Under the pieces are notes generated by a model, which searched no databases, was not told the origin of the DNA, and worked only from the letters and a program-made list of their open reading frames with translations. A program made the position numbers and the translations under genes. A stretch of DNA of 64,000 nucleotides. It comes from Somniosus microcephalus. Taxonomy: Eukaryota. The stretch lies in the NCBI GenBank assembly GCA_052327205.1, contig CM126204.1, positions 257,238,001-257,302,000 on the forward strand. Direction: 5' to 3'. How positions within the stretch are numbered: the stretch's first letter is position 1; each line of letters opens with the position of its first letter. Of the stretch, positions 58,545-64,000 are shown one piece after another.

Positions 58545-61500
58545 CCCCCAGTCGCTCTCTCTATTCCCCCCCCAGTCGATCTCTCTCTTCCCCCCCCAGT
58601 CGCTCTCTCTCTTCCCCCCCAGTCGCTCTCTCTCATCCCCCCAGTCGCTCTCTCTTCCCCCCAGTCGCTCTCTCTCTTCCCCCCCAGTCGCTCTCTCTCT
58701 TCCCCCCCAGTCGCTCTCTCTCTTCCCCCCCAGTCACTCTCTCTCTTCCCCCCCCAGTCGCTCTCTCTCTTCCCCCCCAGTCGCTCTCTCTGCCCCCACA
58801 GTCGCTCTCTCTTCCCCCCCAGTCTCTCTCTCTCTCTCTCCTCCAGTCTCTCTCTCTCTCTCTCCCCCAGTCTCTCTCTCTCTCTCCCCCCCAGTCTCTC
58901 TCTCTCTCTCCCCCAGTCTCTCTCTCTCTCTCTCCCCCAGTCTCTCTCCTCTCTCTCCCCCCAGTCTCTCTACACTCTCTCTCTCTCTCTCTCTCCCGTC
59001 TCTCTCTCTCTCCCCCAGGCTCTCTCTCTCTCTCCCCCAGTCTCTCTCTCTCTATACCCCAGTCTCTCTCTCTCTCTCCCCCAGTCTCTCTACTCTCTCT
59101 CTCTCTCTCTCCCGTCTCTCTCTCTCTCCCCCAGTCTCTCTCTCTCTCTCCCCCAGTCTCTCTCTCTCTCTCCCCCAGTCTCTCTCTCTCCCAGTCTCTC
59201 TCTCTCTCCCCCAGTCTCTCTCTCTCCCCCTCAGTCTCTCTGTCTCTATCTCCCCATTCTCTCTCTCTCTCCCCGTCTCTCTGTCTCCCCCCTCAGTCGC
59301 ACTCTCTCTCCCCCCAGTTTCTCTCTCTCTCTCCCAGTGTCTCGCTCTCCCCCCCCAGTCTCTCTCTCTCCCCCAGTCTCTCTCTCTCTCCCCAGTCTCT
59401 CTCTCTCTCCCCCAGTCTCTCTCTCTCCCCCTCAGTCTCTCTGTCTCTATCTCCCCATTCTCTCTCTCTCTCTCCCCATTCTCTCTCTCTCCCCGTCTCT
59501 CTGTCTCCCCCCTCAGTCGCACTCTCTCTCCCCCCAGTTTCTCTCTCTCTCTCCCAGTGTCTCGCTCTCCCCCCCAGTCTCTCTCTCTCCCCCCAGTCTC
59601 TCTCTCTCCCCCCCAGTCTCTCTCTCTCCCCCCCAGTCTCTCTCTCTCCCCCCAGTCTCTCTCTCTCCCCCCAGTCTCTCTCTCACTCCCAATCTCTCTC
59701 TCTCTCACGCTCCNNNNNNNNNNNNNNNNNNNNNNNNNNNNNNNNNNNNNNNNNNNNNNNNNNNNNNNNNNNNNNNNNNNNNNNNNNNNNNNNNNNNNNN
59801 NNNNNNNNNNNNNNNNNNNNNNNNNNNNNNNNNNNNNNNNNNNNNNNNNNNCACACTNNNNNNNNNNNNNNNNNNNNNNNNNNNNNNNNNNNNNNNNNNN
59901 NNNNNNNNNNNNNNNNNNNNNNNNNNNNNNNNNNNNNNNNNNNNNNNNNNNNNNNNNNNNNNNNNNNNNNNNNNNNNNNNNNNNNNNNNNNNNNNNNNNN
60001 NNNNNNNNNNNNNNNNNCTCTATCCTTCCATCTCTCTCTCTCTCTCCCTCTCCCCCAGTCTCTCTCCTCTCTCTCCCCCCAGTCTCTCTACTCTCTCTCT
60101 CTCTCTCTCTCCCGTCTCTCTCTCTCTCTCCCCCAGTCTCTCTCTCTCTCTCCCCCCCCCCAGTCTCTCTCTCTCTCTCCCAGTCTCTCTCTCTCCCCCA
60201 GTCTCTCTCTCTCCCCCTCAGTCTCTCTCTCTCTATCTCCCCATTCTCTCTCTCTCTCTCTCTCCCCGTCTCTCTCTCCCCCCTCAGTCGCACTCTCTCT
60301 CCCCCCAGTTTCTCTCTCTCTCCCAGTCTCTCTCTCTCCCCCAGTCTCTCTCTCTCCCCCCCAGTCTCTCTCTCTCCCCCCCAGTCTCTCTCTCTCTCTA
60401 TCTCCCCATTCTCTCTCTCTCTCCCCAGTCTCTCTCCTCTCTCTCCCCCCAGTCTCTCTCTCTCACACTCCCAATCTCTCTCTCACACTCCCAATCTCTC
60501 TCTCTCACACTCCCAATCTCTCTCTCTGACACTCCCAATCTCTCTCTCTCTCACACTCCCAATCTCTCTCTCTCTCTCACTCCCAGTCTCTCTCTCTCAC
60601 ACTCCCAATCTCTCTCTCTCTCACACTCCCAATCTCTCTCTCACACTCCCAATCTCTCTCTCACACTCCCAATCTCTCTCTCACACTCCCAATCTCTCTC
60701 TCTCTCTCTCTCACACTCCCAATCTCTCTCTCTCTCACACTCCCAATCTCTCTCTCTCACAATCCCAGTCTCTCTCTCTCACACATTCCCAGTCTCTCTC
60801 TCACACTCCCAGTCTCTCTCTCTCACACTCCCAATCTCTCTCTCTCACACTCCCAATCTCTCTCTCTCTCACACTCCCAGTCTCTCTCTCTCTCTCACTC
60901 CCAATCTCTCTCTCTCTCACACTCCCAATCTCTCACTCACACTCCCAATCTCTCTCTCTCTCACACTCCCAATCTCTCTCTCTGACACTCCCAATCTCTC
61001 TCTCTCTCACACTCCCAATCTCTCTCTCTCTCTCACTCCCAGTCTCTCTCTCTCACACTCCCAATCTCTCTCTCTCTCACACTCCCAATCTCTCTCTCAC
61101 ACTCACAATCTCTCTCTCACACTCCCAATCTCTCTCTCACACTCCCAATCTCTCTCTCTCTCACACTCCCAATCTCTCTCACACTCCCAATCTCTCTCTC
61201 TCACACTCCCAATCTCTCTCTCTCTCACACTCCAAATCTCTCTCTCTCACACTCCCAGTCTCTCTCTCTCTCACACTCACAATCTCTCTCTCTCTCACAC
61301 TCCCAATCTCTCTCTCTCTCACACTCCCAATCTCTCTCTCTCACACTCCCAATCTCTCTCTCTCTCACACTCCCAATCTCGCTCACTCTCACACTCCCAA
61401 TCTCTCTCTCTCACACTCCCAATCTCTCTCTCTCTCACACTCCCAATCTCTCTCTCTCACACTCCCAGTCTCTCTTTCTCACACACTCCCAATCTCTCTC

Positions 61501-62490
61501 TCTCTCTCACACTCCCAATCTCTCTCTCTCACACTTCCAATCTCTCTCTCTCACACTCCCAATCTCTCTCTCTCTCACACTCCCAGTCTCTCTCTCTCTC
61601 ACACTCCCAATCTCTCTCTCTCTCACTCCCAATCTCTCTCTCTCTCTCACTCCCAATCTCTCTCTCTCTCACACTCCCAATCTCTCTCTCTCACACTCCC
61701 AATCTCTCTCTCTCACACTCCCAATCTCTCTCTCTCTCTCACTCCCAATCTCTCTCTCTCACACTCCCAATCTCTCTCTCTCTCACACTCCCAATCTCTC
61801 TCTCACACTCCCAATCTCTCTCTCTCACTCCCAATCTCTCTCTCTCTCACACTCCCAGTCTCTCTCTCTCTCTCTCTCTCCCCCAATCTCTCTCTCTCTC
61901 ACTCCNNNNNNNNNNNNNNNNNNNNNNNNNNNNNNNNNNNNNNNNNNNNNNNNNNNNNNNNNNNNNNNNNNNNNNNNNNNNNNNNNNNNNNNNNNNNNNN
62001 NNNNNNNNNNNNNNNNNNNNNNNNNNNNNNNNNNNNNNNNNNNNNNNNNNNNNNNNNNNNNNNNNNNNNNNNNNNNNNNNNNNNNNNNNNNNNNNNNNNN
62101 NNNNNNNNNNNNNNNNNNNNNNNNNNNNNNNNNNNNNNNNNNNNNCCTTCCATCTCACTCTCTCTCTCCTTCCCCCTCTCTCTCTCTCTCTCTCTCCTTC
62201 CCTCTCTCTCTCTCCTTCCATCTCTCTCTCTCTATTTCCATCTCTCTCTCTCTCCTTCCATCTCTCTCTCTCTCTCCTTCCATCTCCCTCTCTCTCGCCT
62301 TCCATCTCTCTNNNNNNNNNNNNNNNNNNNNNNNNNNNNNNNNNNNNNNNNNNNNNNNNNNNNNNNNNNNNNNNNNNNNNNNNNNNNNNNNNNNNNNNNN
62401 NNNNNNNNNNNNNNNNNNNNNNNNNNNNNNNNNNNNNNNNNNNNNNNNNNNNNNNNNNNNNNNNNNNNNNNNNCCCTCTCTCTCTTCCAA
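58545..62490. repeat. CT-rich compound satellite (CCAGTC(TC)n, CACTCCCAATC(TC)n, CCATC(TC)n) with N gaps
   Basis: Directly visible; N runs at 59714-59851, 59858-60017, 61906-62145 and 62312-62473. Confidence 0.95.
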
Positions 62491-62635
62491 CAACAACATG
62501 CCCTCAAAAAAGCCTCGGCACCGCCGGGCTCCCCCAGCTAGTATACTTATAAAACACCTTAGGATTTTCCTTTATATTGCTCGCCAGTGTTATTTCATGG
62601 CCCCTCCTCGCTCTCCTAATTTCTGGTTAATATTT

Positions 62636-62825
62636 TTTGCACCCTCTCCAGTGCCTCTATATCTTTTTTATAATATGGAGACCAGAACTGTGCACAGTAC
62701 TCCAAGTGTTGTTTAACCAAAGTTCTATACAAGTTTAACATAACTTCTCTGCTTTTCAATTCTATCTCTTTAGAAATGATCCCTAGTGCTTTGTTTGCTT
62801 TTTTAAATGGCCTTATTAAACAGCT
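62636..62825 (-). mobile_element. CR1 fragment
   Basis: KANKALGII...LYRTLVKQHLEYCAQFWSP. Confidence 0.8.
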
Positions 62826-63799
62826 TATAAACAAGTACAGAACCAGGGAAAAGGGGAGGGTTGGGGTGGTGAGGTGGGGTCATGAAAGGAACAAAAGGGA
62901 AGGTCTGCGATAGGGTGGAGGGCAGGAGTGATTAAATGACAAAAGGGATGATGGTGCAAGGCAAAAGGAGGTGATAATGGAGGTCTAAATATCTGATCCA
63001 TTTAGAACGCTTTGATCTGCTTTCAGTCTTAAACTATGAATGCACTGTATTTTAGGATTTGTACTGACTTCATGCATCCACTAATGCTGTCTCCTACGTG
63101 TTTTTGTCATTCAAATCATCAGAACATAAAATTTACAGTGATTTAAAATAAAAAGTGTTAAAAACATTACTTAAAGTAATAACATAATTACAGGGGAGGT
63201 CATTTTCAAAGTCCCAATGCTGGAGCCCAATCAGCAGCACTCGAGGACCTCACTACTTTGTTTCTGAAATGTCTGCCGTACATTTCCAGAGCGTGTAATG
63301 GTGCTAGAGATGTGTGCATTAATCACATTTTGGGGAAAGAAAAAGCTGAGAGTCAGTTTTGTCTCAATAGCTTCATGGGCAAGGTGTTTTTTTGCTAATG
63401 TTACAGACACTTTTACGCTATCGGAGTTCAATGGTTTCCAGACACCCGTGCCTCCCTCCATAGTCCCATTTAAATTTGGGCAGACACTTTTTCTATTGGG
63501 ATAAGGAAGCTGGTTTCAGTAATCTAAACACAGGGAGCTGATCATGTATGTTTACTCACTGTGGGTATTAATTGAAGCTCAGTGCTGCTAAAGTCCCAAT
63601 GCAAAATCTGGACAGCACCACACAGACGTCACTCTCCCGAAGCTGGATGCAGTATAACTGCAACTATAAAAGCGGCTTTTGGTGTTTCCATAACATGAAT
63701 TTTATCTTCATGTCACATATTTATCAAGTTTGTAAACAAAGCTCTGCCTATAACATCACACAATTATACTACACTTCTCACAGATTATGTAAACTTACT

Positions 63800-64000
63800 T
63801 CCAAAACTCTGCTGCCCGTATCTTAACTTGCACCAAGTCCCATTCATCCATCACCCCTGTGCTCGCTGACCTACATTGGCTCTCGTTTCGGCAGAGCCTC
63901 AATTTTAAAATTCTCATCCTTGTTTTCAAATCCCTCCATGGCCTCGTCCCTCCCTATCTCTGTAACTTCCTCCAGCCCTACAACCCTCCGAGATCTCTGT
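63800..64000 (+). mobile_element. L2 fragment
   Basis: Homologous to 53710-53910 (CCAAAACTCTGCTGCCC...TTTTAAAATTCTCATCCTTG). Confidence 0.8.

Larger units (their letters stand above)
56729..62541 (+). mobile_element. Non-autonomous Helitron inflated by internal tandem repeats
   Basis: A|TCTATAAAT 5' end, (CTGT)n, 3' hairpin CCTCGGCACCGCCGGG then CCCCCAGCTAG|T; inserted at AT in a CR1 without TSD; ends match 8565-9275. Confidence 0.88.

Noticed and set aside
57343-62552. Very long ORFs (970-1643 aa) in the ORF track
   Set aside because: Translations of G-rich and CT-rich tandem repeats running through N gaps; no coding signal.
63540-63600. Candidate upstream GLRX2 exon (GTGAGT donor on -)
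   Set aside because: The translation does not resemble the expected Grx2 N-terminus; that exon probably lies outside the window.

Overview
Eukaryotic (vertebrate) DNA, very probably a cartilaginous fish (HE1/V-SINE, Deu-domain SINE, and CR1/L2/Penelope repeats typical of sharks). Host genes: the complete coding region of RO60/TROVE2 on + (8 coding exons, 5686-29636, 541 aa) and, tail-to-tail with it, the last two coding exons of GLRX2 on - (43617-43441, 35167-35027). The rest is largely transposons: a disabled Ty3/Gypsy element, two full-length PIF/Harbinger elements, Helitrons, TA-flanked MITEs, SINEs and LINEs. Three observations stand out. (1) A very young LTR element with identical LTRs has an intact 1056-aa ORF in which Gag-protease is fused in frame to a mosaic of apparent host mRNA fragments (STK10-, EVI5-, ANKRD24- and DNAJC21-like) in place of RT/RNase H/integrase. 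(2) A single-ORF LINE starts with a tRNA-derived Pol III promoter, has no TTTT terminator on its sense strand over about 3.3 kb, and has no AUG before its endonuclease: a candidate Pol III-transcribed, non-AUG-translated autonomous retrotransposon. (3) GLRX2 has a CPYC active site and ends in a CaaX motif (CILL). Family and homology calls come from recognition by eye, not from database searches.
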